A stretch of 64,000 nt of DNA from an uncultured delta proteobacterium (GTDB taxonomy: Bacteria; Desulfobacterota; RBG-13-43-22), in assembly GCA_963743305.1 (NCBI GenBank), contig CAVUPH010000014.1:448001-512000 (forward strand), read 5' to 3'. The notes under the pieces are model-generated. The model ran no database searches. It was not told where the DNA came from and saw nothing but the letters and a program-made list of their open reading frames with translations. Every line of letters begins with the position of its first letter. The first letter of the stretch is position 1. A program made the position numbers and the translations under genes. Positions 38,360-49,580 of the stretch are shown one piece after another.

Positions 38360-39439
38360 ATGCTCTACCAGCTTCTCTATTCACTCCACACCCAATTTTC
38401 CTTCTTCAACGTCTTTCGGTACATCACGTTAAGAACCATCTACGCCACATTGACGGCCCTGATCATTACCTTCTTTTTAGGGCCGGTCGTGATCCGTCTT
38501 TTGGCTCGGCATCAGATCGGTCAGTACATCCGGGAGGAGGGCCCCCAGTCGCATTTAAATAAAAAGGGGACCCCTACCATGGGTGGCATCCTGATCCTTT
38601 TTGCCGTCACCTTGGCTACCCTCTTCTGGGCGGACCTGACCAACCTGTATATCTGGTTGGTCCTTTTGGTCACGTTGGGTTTCGGTCTTGTCGGTTTCAT
38701 AGATGATTACCGGATGCTGATCAAGAAAAGAAACAAGGGGTTGAGCGGACGGAGCAAAATGTTCCTGCAGATCCTCCTGGCCCTGATCCCGGCCATAATT
38801 TTGGTCCTTCATTTTCAATACAATACGCGCTTGAACATTCCCTTTTTAAAAACCCTTACTCCGGATCTGGGCTGGGGATATGTCCTGCTGACCGTTTTCA
38901 TTATCGTCGGGACTTCCAATGCCGTAAACTTGACCGACGGTTTGGATGGGCTGGCTATCGGACCGGCCACCATCGCCTTCGGGACCTACCTGCTTTTTAG
39001 CTATTGTACCGGACACTTGAAGATCGCCAATTACCTTCAGATTCTCTATGTCCCCGGAGCGGGAGAACTGGCTATTTTTTGCGGAGCCCTGGTCGGCGCC
39101 GGCATCGGCTTCCTCTGGTTTAACGCCTACCCGGCCCAGATCTTTATGGGGGATGTGGGCTCCCTGTCCTTGGGGGCGGCCCTGGGCACCGTATCCGTGG
39201 TTACTAAAAACGAGATTGTCCTCATCCTGGTAGGGGGTCTTTTTGTGGTGGAGGCCCTCTCGGTGATTTTCCAGGTGGGTTATTTCAAGATGACCCATGG
39301 CAAGCGGATCTTTCGGATGGCCCCTCTGCACCATCACTTTGAATTGAAGGGCTGGAGCGAACCGAAAATTATTGTCCGTTTTTGGATCATTGCCGTGATT
39401 CTGAGCTTGCTTTCCCTCAGCACGTTAAAATTGCGTTAA
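38360..39439 (+). CDS. mraY: Phospho-MurNAc-pentapeptide transferase
   Basis: [34 protein letters not shown]. Confidence 0.97.
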   Translation: MLYQLLYSLHTQFSFFNVFRYITLRTIYATLTALIITFFLGPVVIRLLARHQIGQYIREEGPQSHLNKKGTPTMGGILILFAVTLATLFWADLTNLYIWLVLLVTLGFGLVGFIDDYRMLIKKRNKGLSGRSKMFLQILLALIPAIILVLHFQYNTRLNIPFLKTLTPDLGWGYVLLTVFIIVGTSNAVNLTDGLDGLAIGPATIAFGTYLLFSYCTGHLKIANYLQILYVPGAGELAIFCGALVGAGIGFLWFNAYPAQIFMGDVGSLSLGAALGTVSVVTKNEIVLILVGGLFVVEALSVIFQVGYFKMTHGKRIFRMAPLHHHFELKGWSEPKIIVRFWIIAVILSLLSLSTLKLR

Positions 39440-39449
39440 GGACGGTGCT

Positions 39450-40814
39450 TTGGATTTCAGCGGAAAAAAAATATTGGTAGTCGGTTTAGGCAAAACGGGC
39501 CTGGCATTGACGGAATATTTAAAACGGCAGGGGTCCCGGGTTTTGGTCTCCGATTCCCGTTCACGAGAGGAACTGAAACCACTGGTGTCCTCTGCTCTGG
39601 AAGGCACTTCCCCCTGGACCATTGAGGTCGGGGGGCATACGGTCGACTTTTTTCTCCAGGCCGATCTCATCCTGGTCAGTCCCGGAATTCCTTTGGACAT
39701 TCTTCCGTTAAAAGCGGCCAGGGAAAAAGGAATCCCCATTTGGGGGGAACTGGAGCTTTTTTCGAGGAAATGTCGGACCCCGATCATTGCCGTTACCGGG
39801 ACCAATGGGAAAACAACCACTACCGCCTTGATCAACAAAATGCTTCTGGAGGGTGGATTTTCGACTTTTCTGGGAGGGAATATCGGTCGCCCCCTGGTGG
39901 AGTACCTCTTGAACGGTCAGGATAAAAACTTTGTGGTCGCTGAGATCAGCAGTTTTCAATTGGATACGGCCCGACATTTTCGCCCTCGGGTAGGCGTGCT
40001 GTTGAATATTACCGAAGACCACCTGGATCGCTATCCCGATTTTCAGGGCTATATCCATTCCAAAGCCGGTCTCTTCCGCAATCAGGGTGAAGACAACGCC
40101 GCGGTTTTGAACTGGGATGATCCGCTGGTGCGCGGGATCGGGCAGCAGTTGAGAGTGCCGGTCTATTATTTCAGCCGGACCGAGCCCCTGACCCTGGGCG
40201 CCTATCTGGATCAGGATCGGCTGCGTTTAAATCTCAGCGGGTCGGCGGAAGAGTATGATCTGCGGGCCTTTTCCTTGTCCGGCGTCCATAATCGGGAAAA
40301 TGCCCTGGCGGCTGTCCTGGGCGCCCGGCTGTTGGGGGCCGCCTCTGAGGACATACAACGGGCCTTGGAGCAGTTTAAAGGTTTCGGGCACCGCCTGGAG
40401 TGGGTGGCCGAGGTCCGGGGAATTCAATTCTTCGATGACTCCAAGGGGACCAACGTGGGGGCCGTGGTGAAGGCCCTGGAAGGTTTTTCCCAGCCGGTGA
40501 TCCTGATAGCCGGAGGCCGCGACAAAGGGGGAGATTACGGACCCTTAAAAGGGCTGATCCGGGGGAAAGTCAAGTCCCTTATCTTGATTGGGGAGGCCCG
40601 GGAAAAAATGCAAGAACAGTTGGGGAATCTGACCTCCACTGAGTTGGCCGATTCCCTGGAAGCGGCGGTTTTCCGGTCTTTCAGACAGGGGGAACCTGGA
40701 GACGTGGTTCTTCTTTCCCCGGGCTGTTCCAGCTTTGATATGTTCAGGGACTATACCCAGCGGGGCGAGGTCTTTCAGCAGGCGGTCAGACAGCTTAAAA
40801 GGAATCATGAATAA
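39450..40814 (+). CDS. murD: UDP-MurNAc-L-Ala:D-Glu ligase
   Basis: GLGKTG, EISSFQL, DHLDRY, DSKGTN, SPGCSSFD. Confidence 0.96.
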   Translation: MDFSGKKILVVGLGKTGLALTEYLKRQGSRVLVSDSRSREELKPLVSSALEGTSPWTIEVGGHTVDFFLQADLILVSPGIPLDILPLKAAREKGIPIWGELELFSRKCRTPIIAVTGTNGKTTTTALINKMLLEGGFSTFLGGNIGRPLVEYLLNGQDKNFVVAEISSFQLDTARHFRPRVGVLLNITEDHLDRYPDFQGYIHSKAGLFRNQGEDNAAVLNWDDPLVRGIGQQLRVPVYYFSRTEPLTLGAYLDQDRLRLNLSGSAEEYDLRAFSLSGVHNRENALAAVLGARLLGAASEDIQRALEQFKGFGHRLEWVAEVRGIQFFDDSKGTNVGAVVKALEGFSQPVILIAGGRDKGGDYGPLKGLIRGKVKSLILIGEAREKMQEQLGNLTSTELADSLEAAVFRSFRQGEPGDVVLLSPGCSSFDMFRDYTQRGEVFQQAVRQLKRNHE

Positions 40815-42003
40815 TTACAGCCAACCCTTAGAAGAAAAAACCGCTTTGGCCGGGAGAAGGATGACCGCCTCCCCGGGCGCAGAATCCGAAACGACGCTCC
40901 AGAGAGGCCGGAGCCTCAATTATGTCTGGCTGGGGCTGACGGTCCTCCTGGTGCTGGTCGGCATTGTTATGGTCTACAGCGCCAGTTCCCGCCTGGCGGC
41001 GGAACGTTATCACAACAGTTTTTATTTTGCCCAGAAACAAGCGGCCTTTGCCCTCTTCGGGTTCTTGGCGCTACTGGTCTTTCGGTATATCCCGTATCAG
41101 GTTTACCAGCGCTGGGTCTATTGGGCCATGGGAGCCAGCTTTCTCTGCCTGATTTTAGTTTTGATTCCGGGCATCGGGTCACGGGTGGGGGGAGCCTCCC
41201 GCTGGTTTCGTTTGGGCGGCGTTTCTTTCCAGCCGGCCGAGTTTTCCAAGCTGGTACTGGTGATTTTTCTGTCGTATTCCATGACCAAAAAACAGGCGGT
41301 CATGAAGACCTTATCCCAAGGCTTTCTGTTTCATGTGGGGGTGGTCTTGCTCTTTATGGCCCTGGTTTTAGCCGAACCGGACCTGGGCATGGCCATTAGT
41401 ATTCTGCTGCTCACGGGGGTCCTTTTGTTTGTAGGCGGGGTCAGGCTGAAGCACCTGCTCGTGTCCCTGGTCCCCCTGATCCCGTTGACTTATTTTCTAG
41501 TCTGGCGGGTCCCCTATAGGCGGCTGCGAGTGTTGTCCTATCTGAATCCCTGGGGAGACCCTTTGGGGTCGGGATTTCATCTGATCCATTCTTTTTATGC
41601 CTTTGGGGCCGGAGGGTTGACCGGCCAGGGGTTGGGGGGGAGCCATCAGAAGCTTTTCTATCTGCCGGAACCCCATACGGATTTCATTTTTTCCATTCTG
41701 GGAGAGGAATTGGGTTTTTTCGGAGTATCGATAGTGGCCGCGCTATTTCTGTTTTTTATGGTTCGATGCCTCCTGCTGGCCCTCCGGAAAAAAGACCTCT
41801 TTGGGATCTATCTGACGGTCGGGATTACGGTCATGATCGGTCTGCAGGCGTTTATCAACATGCTGGTGGTCATGGGTTTGTTGCCCACCAAGGGGTTGAC
41901 CCTCCCCTTTTTAAGTTACGGTGGGACCTCATTGCTTCTCAACCTGATCTGCGTGGGCATCCTGATGAATATTTCCGCCCAAAGCCAGGAGGAAGGCGGA
42001 TGA
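40807..42003 (+). CDS. ftsW: Peptidoglycan glycosyltransferase FtsW
   Basis: RWF..GG..FQPAE, LPEPHTDFIF, PTKGLTLPFLSYGG; ATG overlaps the murD stop. Confidence 0.95.
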   Translation: MNNYSQPLEEKTALAGRRMTASPGAESETTLQRGRSLNYVWLGLTVLLVLVGIVMVYSASSRLAAERYHNSFYFAQKQAAFALFGFLALLVFRYIPYQVYQRWVYWAMGASFLCLILVLIPGIGSRVGGASRWFRLGGVSFQPAEFSKLVLVIFLSYSMTKKQAVMKTLSQGFLFHVGVVLLFMALVLAEPDLGMAISILLLTGVLLFVGGVRLKHLLVSLVPLIPLTYFLVWRVPYRRLRVLSYLNPWGDPLGSGFHLIHSFYAFGAGGLTGQGLGGSHQKLFYLPEPHTDFIFSILGEELGFFGVSIVAALFLFFMVRCLLLALRKKDLFGIYLTVGITVMIGLQAFINMLVVMGLLPTKGLTLPFLSYGGTSLLLNLICVGILMNISAQSQEEGG

Positions 42004-43091
42004 AGGTCCTGATCGCCGGTGGAGGAACCGGCGGCCATTTATTCCCGGGGATTGCCATTGCTGAAACCTTTATGGCCCAAGATCCTGAAAACCAGGTTCA
42101 TTTTGTCAGCACCCGTCGCGCCATCGACCAGCAGGTGTTGCCCTCTCGGGGATTTTCTTCCCAGACCATCGAGGCCGAGGGGATTAAAGGACGCGGAGTG
42201 CTCGGGCAACTGAAAGCCTTGTTTAAGATCCCCGGGGCCTTGAAAGAGTCCTGGCGGATCCTCCGGGAATTCCAACCCCACCTGATCATCGGGGTGGGGG
42301 GTTATGTTTCCGGACCGGTAGTCCTGGCCGGGCGGTTGAAAGGGATCCCCACGGCCATTCAAGAGCAGAATTCGATTCCCGGCCTGACCAACCGGATATT
42401 AGCCCTGCTGGTAGATCGGATTTATTATTCCTTCGAAAAAAGCCGGGAATATTTTCCCGCCCGAAAATCGTTATGGACCGGCAACCCGGTCCGCCGGGAA
42501 CTAAAGCGGGTCTTGGAAGAGCCCTCCAGTCCCCAAGCCCCCCTGACCATTTTGGTTCTGGGAGGGAGTCTGGGCGCCCACCGGCTTAACCAATTGGTCA
42601 CTGAAGCCCTGGACTTTTTAGTGGAACTCAATAAGGACTTGTCATTTATCCATCAAACTGGCACAAAGGATGAAGATTGGGTCCGGCAGGCTTACCTGAA
42701 AAAGGGATTTCAACATCAGGTCCTGGCTTTTATTTCCGACATGGTTTGGGCCTACGCTCGGGCCGATATGTTGATTTGCCGTTCCGGGGCCACTACCTTG
42801 GCCGAAATAACGGCCTTGGGCAAGGCGAGCTTCTTGATCCCCTTCCCTTTCGCCACCAACAACCACCAGGAAGAAAACGCCCGTTCTCTTGTTCTGCGAG
42901 GTGCGGCCGAGATGATTCCGGAAAAGGAACTCACAGGCGCCGGATTAGCCGCGGTCATCCAAAAATGGCGAAATGACCCCGAACACCGGGCCGATCTGGC
43001 CGCCCAAGCGAAAACCTTGGGCCGCTGGCAGGCGGCGGAGGAAATTGTAGAAAACGCTATTCAGTTGGTTTGGAAAGGCAAGCGGAATTAA
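42000..43091 (+). CDS. murG: Undecaprenyl-PP-MurNAc-pentapeptide GlcNAc transferase
   Basis: GGGTGGH, GGYVSGP, EQN, GGSLGA, RSGATT, HQEENA. Confidence 0.96.
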   Translation: MKVLIAGGGTGGHLFPGIAIAETFMAQDPENQVHFVSTRRAIDQQVLPSRGFSSQTIEAEGIKGRGVLGQLKALFKIPGALKESWRILREFQPHLIIGVGGYVSGPVVLAGRLKGIPTAIQEQNSIPGLTNRILALLVDRIYYSFEKSREYFPARKSLWTGNPVRRELKRVLEEPSSPQAPLTILVLGGSLGAHRLNQLVTEALDFLVELNKDLSFIHQTGTKDEDWVRQAYLKKGFQHQVLAFISDMVWAYARADMLICRSGATTLAEITALGKASFLIPFPFATNNHQEENARSLVLRGAAEMIPEKELTGAGLAAVIQKWRNDPEHRADLAAQAKTLGRWQAAEEIVENAIQLVWKGKRN

Positions 43092-44488
43092 TGGACCATA
43101 AACCCTATCCTCGTTTTCAGCATATTCACTTTATCGGCATCGGGGGCATTGGCATGAGCGGGATAGCCGAGGTGCTTCTCAACTTAGGCTACCGGGTCAG
43201 CGGATCAGATAGGAGAGAAACCGAGATCACCCGCAGACTGGCTTCTCTGGGAGGACGGATTTTTTATGACCACCGCCCGGAGCATATCCAGGGGGCTGAA
43301 GTGATCGTCACCTCTTCGGCGGTACGGCCGGACAATCCCGAGGTCATCGCTGCCCGCCAGGCGTTGCTGCCGGTTATTCCCCGAGCCGAAATGCTGGCTG
43401 AACTGATGCGATTGAAATACGGCATTGCCGTGGCCGGGGCCCACGGCAAGACCACCACGACTTCCATGGTGGCCGCTGTTTTGGCCAGGGGGGGATTGGA
43501 TCCGACCGTGGTCATCGGCGGGCGGTTGGACATTTGGGGGACCAACGCCCGCTTGGGGCAGGGCCCTTTTTTAGTGGCTGAAGCCGACGAGAGTGATGGG
43601 TCGTTCCTCCACTTGACCCCCAGTATCGCCCTGGTCACCAACCTTGATCTGGAGCATCTGGATTTTTATCGGGACCTGCAGCATATCCAGGAGACTTTTT
43701 TGGCCTTTTTGAACCGATTGCCCTTCTACGGCTTGGCCATTCTCTGCCTGGATGATCCCTATTTGCCCTCCCTGATTCCGGAATTAAAAAAACGGTATCG
43801 GACGTACGGATTGACGGCGCAGGCCGATTTCCAAGCCCGGGATGTCCGCCAAGAGGGGTTGGTCACCCATTACCGGCTGTTCGCCCAGGGAAAGGAATGG
43901 GGTGATCTTCGTTTCAAGCTTCCGGGTCTGCACAACGTCTATAATTCCCTGGCCGCCATCGCAGCCGGCTTTGAATTGGAAATCCCCTTTAACCTGATCC
44001 AGGAGGCCTTTGAACACTTAGGCGGGGTGCAAAGACGCTTTCAAATAAAAGGCGAGTACGGGGGGGCCACAGTGCTGGATGATTACGGCCATCACCCTAC
44101 GGAAATCCGGGCCACCCTCAATGCCATCCGAGGGTGTTGGCCCGACCGCCGCTTGGTGGTGTTGTTTCAACCCCATCGCTATTCCCGCAGCCGGGCCTTG
44201 CGGGAAGAATTCACCACGGCCTTTTACCAGGCGGACCAACTGCTCCTGTTGCCCATCTACGGGGCCGGAGAAGACCCGATCGAAGGAGTGACTTCGGAAA
44301 AGCTCCTGGAAGGAATAAGGGCCAAAGGCCAAAAGGAAACGGCATTTTTCTCCTTAGCCGGAGAGGTTCTGGGGTATCTCCAAAACCAGCTCAGGCCGGG
44401 GGATATTCTGGTGACCCTGGGAGCCGGAGATGTTTGGAAGATAGGAGAAGAACTTGTCTCCAAGAAGGCAGATTCGGCAAAGCCTTGA
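43091..44488 (+). CDS. murC: UDP-MurNAc:L-Ala ligase
   Basis: [39 protein letters not shown]. Confidence 0.96.
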   Translation: MDHKPYPRFQHIHFIGIGGIGMSGIAEVLLNLGYRVSGSDRRETEITRRLASLGGRIFYDHRPEHIQGAEVIVTSSAVRPDNPEVIAARQALLPVIPRAEMLAELMRLKYGIAVAGAHGKTTTTSMVAAVLARGGLDPTVVIGGRLDIWGTNARLGQGPFLVAEADESDGSFLHLTPSIALVTNLDLEHLDFYRDLQHIQETFLAFLNRLPFYGLAILCLDDPYLPSLIPELKKRYRTYGLTAQADFQARDVRQEGLVTHYRLFAQGKEWGDLRFKLPGLHNVYNSLAAIAAGFELEIPFNLIQEAFEHLGGVQRRFQIKGEYGGATVLDDYGHHPTEIRATLNAIRGCWPDRRLVVLFQPHRYSRSRALREEFTTAFYQADQLLLLPIYGAGEDPIEGVTSEKLLEGIRAKGQKETAFFSLAGEVLGYLQNQLRPGDILVTLGAGDVWKIGEELVSKKADSAKP

Positions 44489-45420
44489 AGCCCTCTGCCC
44501 TGGGCGGGTCAAAATCAGGGAGCCCTTGGCCCCGCTGACCACCTGGAAAATCGGTGGGATAGCGGATTGGCTGGTGACGCCCAAAGACGCGCTGGAAGTG
44601 CAACAACTCCTGGCCGTTGGCCGTGAATTCCGGCTGCCCTGCTTTTTTTTGGGCGCCGGGAGCAACATCCTGGTGGGAGAACGCGGAGTTCGAGGGATTG
44701 TGATTCACTTGACCCCTTTTTTAAATTGGATTGAACCCCGGAAACGATCGGGGCGCGTACATTCCCTGGAGATCGGGGCCGGGACCCTCCTTTCCTCCGT
44801 GCTCCGTTACGGGGTTAAATACTCGCTGACGGGTTTGGAGTTCTTGGTCGGGATTCCCGGTTCTCTGGGTGGGGCCTGGGCCTTGAATGCCGGCAGTCAG
44901 GGGCGCGAAATTAAGGACCTGACCCGTTCGCTGAATATTATCGATTCCCGGGGCCAGGTCATAAAACGTACCCGTAAGGCCTTGGATTTTGGTTATCGTC
45001 GTCTGAGCCCTCAACCCCGATGAAGTGATTGTTTCCGGTCTCTTGAAAGTAGCCCCTGGGAATCGAGAGGTGATCGTCCAGGAGATGCGCAAGCTGGTTA
45101 AAAAAAGAAGGGCTTCCCAACCTTGGCAATACCCCAGTTGCGGATCGGTGTTTAAAAACCCTTCGGGAAACTATGCCGGACGGCTGATTGAAGCAGCCGG
45201 TATAAAAGGGAGGCAGCAGGGGGAAGCCCAAGTCTCTTGGAGACACGCCAACTTTATCGTCAATCGCGGTCAGGCCCGGGCCCGAGACGTACTCCGCTTG
45301 ATGCGGATCATCCGTCAGCGGGTACAACGCCAAAGTGGGATCATCTTGGAACCGGAGGTGCGATTCTGGGGTTGTTCTTTAAACCCTCGCCGACGGGTTC
45401 CGAAGGTCGTTCAAGAATGA
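44454..45420 (+). CDS. murB: UDP-N-acetylenolpyruvoylglucosamine reductase, apparent +1 frameshift near 45010-45018
   Basis: [21 protein letters not shown] in 44454-45023; [18 protein letters not shown] in 45025-45420. Confidence 0.9.
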
Positions 45421-45480
45421 CGGACCCGCAGAAGGCCGTTTTTGGATTTTTTGTGAGGTTATTGATCAGGGGAGAAAAGC

Positions 45481-46344
45481 ATGTATTTGGGAAAAACAAA
45501 ACTGGGGGCCGCCGGTCGGAATGGTTTCCATCGGCCCCTAAAAGAAGGCGGGACCAACTGGTTTCAACGGCTGGGGCACCACTTCTGGATCGGATCGATT
45601 GTCATTATGATCCTGGTCGGGCTGAGTATTACCCTCTTGGTCGGATATTTAGTCGCCTTATCGGCGCCTTTCTTCCGATTGGAGGATGTTAACTTTCAGG
45701 GGAATAAACAGGTTTCTCAGCTCGAATTGTTGCAAAAAGGGGGGCTGGAGGATAAGCTGAATATCCTTTCCCTGAACCTGAGCGACGTCAAAAAAAAGAT
45801 GGAGGCCATTCCCTGGGTCAAATCGGTGCAGTTGCGACGCGAGTTGCCCAATAAGCTCCTGGTTGCCGTTCAAGAACGGCAGCCGTTAAGCCTGGTATTG
45901 GTGGATGGGCGTCTCTTTTTTCTGGACCAGGAGGGCTTGGCTTTTAAGAAGGTCGAACGCCGGGAGGGGTTCACTCTGCCGGTATTAACGGGTTTGCAAA
46001 AAGGCGACTGGCGAGAAAGCGGTTATTTGGACCCTGAGGTTCTTCAAGAGATCTCCACCTTGACCAGGTTGCTGGCGCAGGGAGTAGACCCGCTTTATCC
46101 CGACAAGCTTTCGGAAATTCATTATGATCCCGAATGCGGCTACTCCCTCTACACCCTGGATTATGGGGTTCGCATCACCTTGGGCCGCGGGGAGTTAAAA
46201 ACGAAAATGGCCCGCCTGGAGAAGGTCTGGCGGAATCTGCAGAAACGCCCGGATCTTATGAATCTTCGAGGCATTTCCCTGCAATACGGCCAACGGATTA
46301 TCGTTCATGGCCTGCGACCCTCTTCGGGCGGGAAAAAGGGTTAA
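45481..46344 (+). CDS. ftsQ: Cell division protein FtsQ/DivIB
   Basis: TM helix plus POTRA (GNKQVS...PWVKSVQLRRELPNKL..ER). Confidence 0.9.
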   Translation: MYLGKTKLGAAGRNGFHRPLKEGGTNWFQRLGHHFWIGSIVIMILVGLSITLLVGYLVALSAPFFRLEDVNFQGNKQVSQLELLQKGGLEDKLNILSLNLSDVKKKMEAIPWVKSVQLRRELPNKLLVAVQERQPLSLVLVDGRLFFLDQEGLAFKKVERREGFTLPVLTGLQKGDWRESGYLDPEVLQEISTLTRLLAQGVDPLYPDKLSEIHYDPECGYSLYTLDYGVRITLGRGELKTKMARLEKVWRNLQKRPDLMNLRGISLQYGQRIIVHGLRPSSGGKKG

Positions 46345-46399
46345 TCCCTTTGATGGAGAGGCCGCCGAGCAGAGCAATAGGAAAGGAGGTGAACGCCTG

Positions 46400-47620
46400 A
46401 TGGAATCGAATCTGGTGGTAGGGCTGGATATCGGAACGACCAAAATATGCGCCGTGGTGGGAGAGGTTTCCGCCGAGGGGGTGGATATCATCGGTATGGG
46501 GACCCATCCCTCCGTGGGATTGCGCAAAGGGGTGGTGGTCAATATTGAGAGCACGGTCAATTCCATCAAAAAGGCTGTGGAAGAGGCGGAACTCATGGCT
46601 GGCTGTGAAATCACCTCGGTCTATGCCGGGATTGCTGGCGGTCATATCAAGGGCTTCAACAGTCACGGGGTGATCGCCGTCAAAAGCCGGGAAGTTACCC
46701 GGGGGGACATCGAACGGGTGATCGAGGCCGCCAAGGCCATTGCCATCCCCTTGGATCGGGAGGTCATCCATGTTCTGCCCCAGGAATTCATTGTCGATGA
46801 CCAGGACGGGATCCAAGACCCGCTGGGAATGGCCGGCGTGCGTCTGGAAGTCAAGGTCCATATTATCACCGGGGCGGTCACCTCGGCCCAGAACATCATT
46901 CGCTGCGCCAACAAGGCCGGGTTGGATGTCTGCGATATCGTATTGGAATCGGTTGCTTCCAGCGAGACGGTGCTTTCCCCCGAAGAAAAAGAATTGGGAG
47001 TGGCGTTGATCGATTTCGGCGGCGGGACCACGGATTTGGCCATTTTTTCCAACAACAGCATCAAACACACCGCCATATTACCCTTGGGGGGTCATAACTT
47101 GACCAACGATATTGCGGTGGGCCTGAGGACGCCCCACCAGGCCGCCGAACGGATCAAGAAAATGCACGGTTGCGGTTTGAGTTCGATGATCAACAAGGAA
47201 GAGACCCTGGAAGTTCCCAGCGTAGGGGGCCGAAAACCGCGGATGATCTCCCGGCAGATTTTGGGGGAAATCCTGGAACCCCGAGTGGAAGAAATTTTTA
47301 CCTTGGTTAACCGCGAAATTCTACGGTCCGGATTCGGGGATTTGATCGCTTCCGGGGTGGTGATCACCGGGGGATCTTCATTGATGGAAGGCCTTCCGGA
47401 GTTGGGGGAACAGATTTTTAATCTTCCCTGCCGCCGTGGTTATCCTCAGGGATTCGGCGGCATCACCGATGTGGTCAATAATCCCATGTATGCAACGGCC
47501 GTGGGACTTACCCTTTATGGGGCCCGTTCCATGCCCCGAAAGAAATTTCGCATTCGCGATCAAAATATTTTCTATCGGGTCATGGAACGGATGAAACGCT
47601 GGTTTAAAGAGATGATGTGA
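46400..47620 (+). CDS. ftsA: Cell division protein FtsA
   Basis: GLDIGTTKI, DFGGGTTD, ITGG, C-terminal amphipathic helix; RBS AAAGGAGGT. Confidence 0.97.
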   Translation: MESNLVVGLDIGTTKICAVVGEVSAEGVDIIGMGTHPSVGLRKGVVVNIESTVNSIKKAVEEAELMAGCEITSVYAGIAGGHIKGFNSHGVIAVKSREVTRGDIERVIEAAKAIAIPLDREVIHVLPQEFIVDDQDGIQDPLGMAGVRLEVKVHIITGAVTSAQNIIRCANKAGLDVCDIVLESVASSETVLSPEEKELGVALIDFGGGTTDLAIFSNNSIKHTAILPLGGHNLTNDIAVGLRTPHQAAERIKKMHGCGLSSMINKEETLEVPSVGGRKPRMISRQILGEILEPRVEEIFTLVNREILRSGFGDLIASGVVITGGSSLMEGLPELGEQIFNLPCRRGYPQGFGGITDVVNNPMYATAVGLTLYGARSMPRKKFRIRDQNIFYRVMERMKRWFKEMM

Positions 47621-47730
47621 TCAGAAAACGGCCGATAGATCGTTTTTTGGGAAGGAATAATAAAATGATGTTGACCGCTAGCCCGGTTTTGGATACAAAC
47701 AATAGACAGCAACGAGAGGGAGGAGAAGGG

Positions 47731-48912
47731 ATGAAGATCGAACTGGTCGAAATGGAGGCAAGGCCGATTCAGAAGGCCAAAATTCGGGTCATCGGCATTG
47801 GAGGCGGTGGAACCAATGCCGTGAACAACATGATTCAGTCCGACCTGAAAGGGGTGGATTTTATCGCCGCCAATACCGATATTCAATCCTTAACCTCCTC
47901 CCTGGCGACGGTTCAAATTCAATTGGGGGCCAATCTGACCGGCGGATTGGGGGCCGGGGCCAACCCTGAAATGGGCCGAAATGCCACCTTGGAAGACACG
48001 GATAAGATTCGGGAAGAATTGGCGGGGAGCCATATGGTCTTCATCACCGCCGGCATGGGCGGGGGAACCGGAACCGGCGGGGCCCCGATTATCGCTAAGA
48101 TCAGCAGGGAACTGGGAGCCCTGACCGTGGCGGTCGTCACCAAGCCCTTTCACTTTGAGGGGCAGCGTCGCCTCAAGCAATCCGAGGAAGGCATTCGGGA
48201 GTTGCGAAATACGGTGGACACCCTGATCACCATCCCTAATGACCGTTTGATTTCCCTGGCCACCAAGAAAGCCTCTTTTCTGGAAATGCTCAAGAAAGCC
48301 GATGATGTTCTTCTGTACGCGGTCAAGGGAATATCCGACCTGATTACGATTCCCGGTTTGATCAACCTCGATTTTGCCGATGTCCGGACCATAATGGCCG
48401 AAATGGGGATTGCGCTGATGGGGACGGGCCTAGCCAGCGGAGAAAACCGGGCCATGGAAGCCGCCCAAAAGGCTATTTCCAGTCCCCTGCTGGAGGATAT
48501 TACCATCTCTGGCGCCCGGGCCGTCCTGATGAACATCACCGCCAGTTCGAACCTGGGTTTTGAAGAAGTAAATGAGGCTTCCAGTCTCATTCAAAAGGAG
48601 GTCCACGAGGAGGCCAACATCATCTGGGGGACGGCCATTGATGAGTCCATGGGAGATGAACTTCGCATTACTGTAATCGCTACGGGAATCAACTCTCGGG
48701 AAGACCGGGTTCCGGTCGAATTGGAAAAGTTTCGGCCGACCATCCAGGACTCGATCAAAGAGCGCTCGGAAGACTTGGAAAAGCCCACTTTTATTCGCTC
48801 AGGCAAAGTCCTTGATCGGGTTGGACCACGCCGTCCGGCCAAACCGGCTGAATTTTATTTTGATGAAGAGGAGTTAGAGGTTCCGACCTTTATCCGCAAG
48901 GCGGCCGATTAA
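47731..48912 (+). CDS. ftsZ: Cell division protein FtsZ
   Basis: GGGGTNA, GGGTGTG, NLDFAD, C-terminal LEVPTFIRK. Confidence 0.98.
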   Translation: MKIELVEMEARPIQKAKIRVIGIGGGGTNAVNNMIQSDLKGVDFIAANTDIQSLTSSLATVQIQLGANLTGGLGAGANPEMGRNATLEDTDKIREELAGSHMVFITAGMGGGTGTGGAPIIAKISRELGALTVAVVTKPFHFEGQRRLKQSEEGIRELRNTVDTLITIPNDRLISLATKKASFLEMLKKADDVLLYAVKGISDLITIPGLINLDFADVRTIMAEMGIALMGTGLASGENRAMEAAQKAISSPLLEDITISGARAVLMNITASSNLGFEEVNEASSLIQKEVHEEANIIWGTAIDESMGDELRITVIATGINSREDRVPVELEKFRPTIQDSIKERSEDLEKPTFIRSGKVLDRVGPRRPAKPAEFYFDEEELEVPTFIRKAAD

Positions 48913-49072
48913 ATCTTTTTTCAATCCTCCTCTCCCTGGTAAAAACCGGAGTAGATCCGGAGTAAGGGATTCCCCGTTCGGGATTTAAGATCGGGTGGCT
49001 TCTGAACGGTTGACTTTTTCTGTCCGCGAGCTTATTTTTTTATAAAAAAGGGCCAAGGGATGGAGGATAACC

Positions 49073-49522
49073 ATGACCATGCCATTGATAAAAAAAGGGA
49101 GAAGGCCGGCCTGGATGACCCCTTTCGGTGAAGAGGGATGGGGCGATATTTTTATGGATCGACTCTGGCGGGAATGGCCTCGTTGGAAAGGGGAGGAGTG
49201 GGTACCTACCTTTAATTTTTATGAAAAGGAGGGAAAATATTTTCTGACGGCGGAGATTCCGGGGGTCGAGAAAAAGGATATCGTCATTTCCATTGATCAT
49301 AATGTGCTGACGATCAGCGGCAGGAAGGAAGTGAAAAAGGAAGAAGAGGGAGCAAATTATTATCTTCGGGAGTCTTCTTACGGCTCTTTTTCCCGAAGTC
49401 TTCGCCTGCCCGGGGATGTCCAGGAGGACCAGGTGGAGGCTTCTTTTAAGGAAGGGGTCTTAAGTGTAGTCATTCCCCAGGCTGAAAGCCCTAAAACCAA
49501 AAAAATAGAAATTAAAAGTTAG
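49073..49522 (+). CDS. Hsp20/alpha-crystallin small heat-shock protein
   Basis: AEIPGV, LTISG, YGSFSRS..LP, ASFKEGVL. Confidence 0.93.
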   Translation: MTMPLIKKGRRPAWMTPFGEEGWGDIFMDRLWREWPRWKGEEWVPTFNFYEKEGKYFLTAEIPGVEKKDIVISIDHNVLTISGRKEVKKEEEGANYYLRESSYGSFSRSLRLPGDVQEDQVEASFKEGVLSVVIPQAESPKTKKIEIKS

Positions 49523-49534
49523 GCTAAAGAAAAG

Positions 49535-49570
49535 GGGTCAAGGGGTAAGGGTATCCTGACTCTTTGACCC
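49535..49570. terminator. Hairpin between convergent Hsp20 and SLT genes
   Basis: GGGTCAAGGGGT ... ACTCTTTGACCC stem (with G-U pairs). Confidence 0.45.
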
Positions 49571-49580
49571 GTTGAGAGTG

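Noticed and set aside
44454-45420. murB as a true pseudogene or programmed frameshift
   Set aside because: Essential gene with both halves intact; same +1 pattern as five other genes, so a sequencing artefact is more likely.
47631-47638. GCCGATAG upstream of ftsZ as a sigma28 -10 element
   Set aside because: No TAAA -35 element at the required 15-bp spacing.
48913-49072. CIRCE or ROSE heat-shock element upstream of Hsp20
   Set aside because: No TTAGCACTC-N9-GAGTGCTAA and no convincing ROSE hairpin seen.
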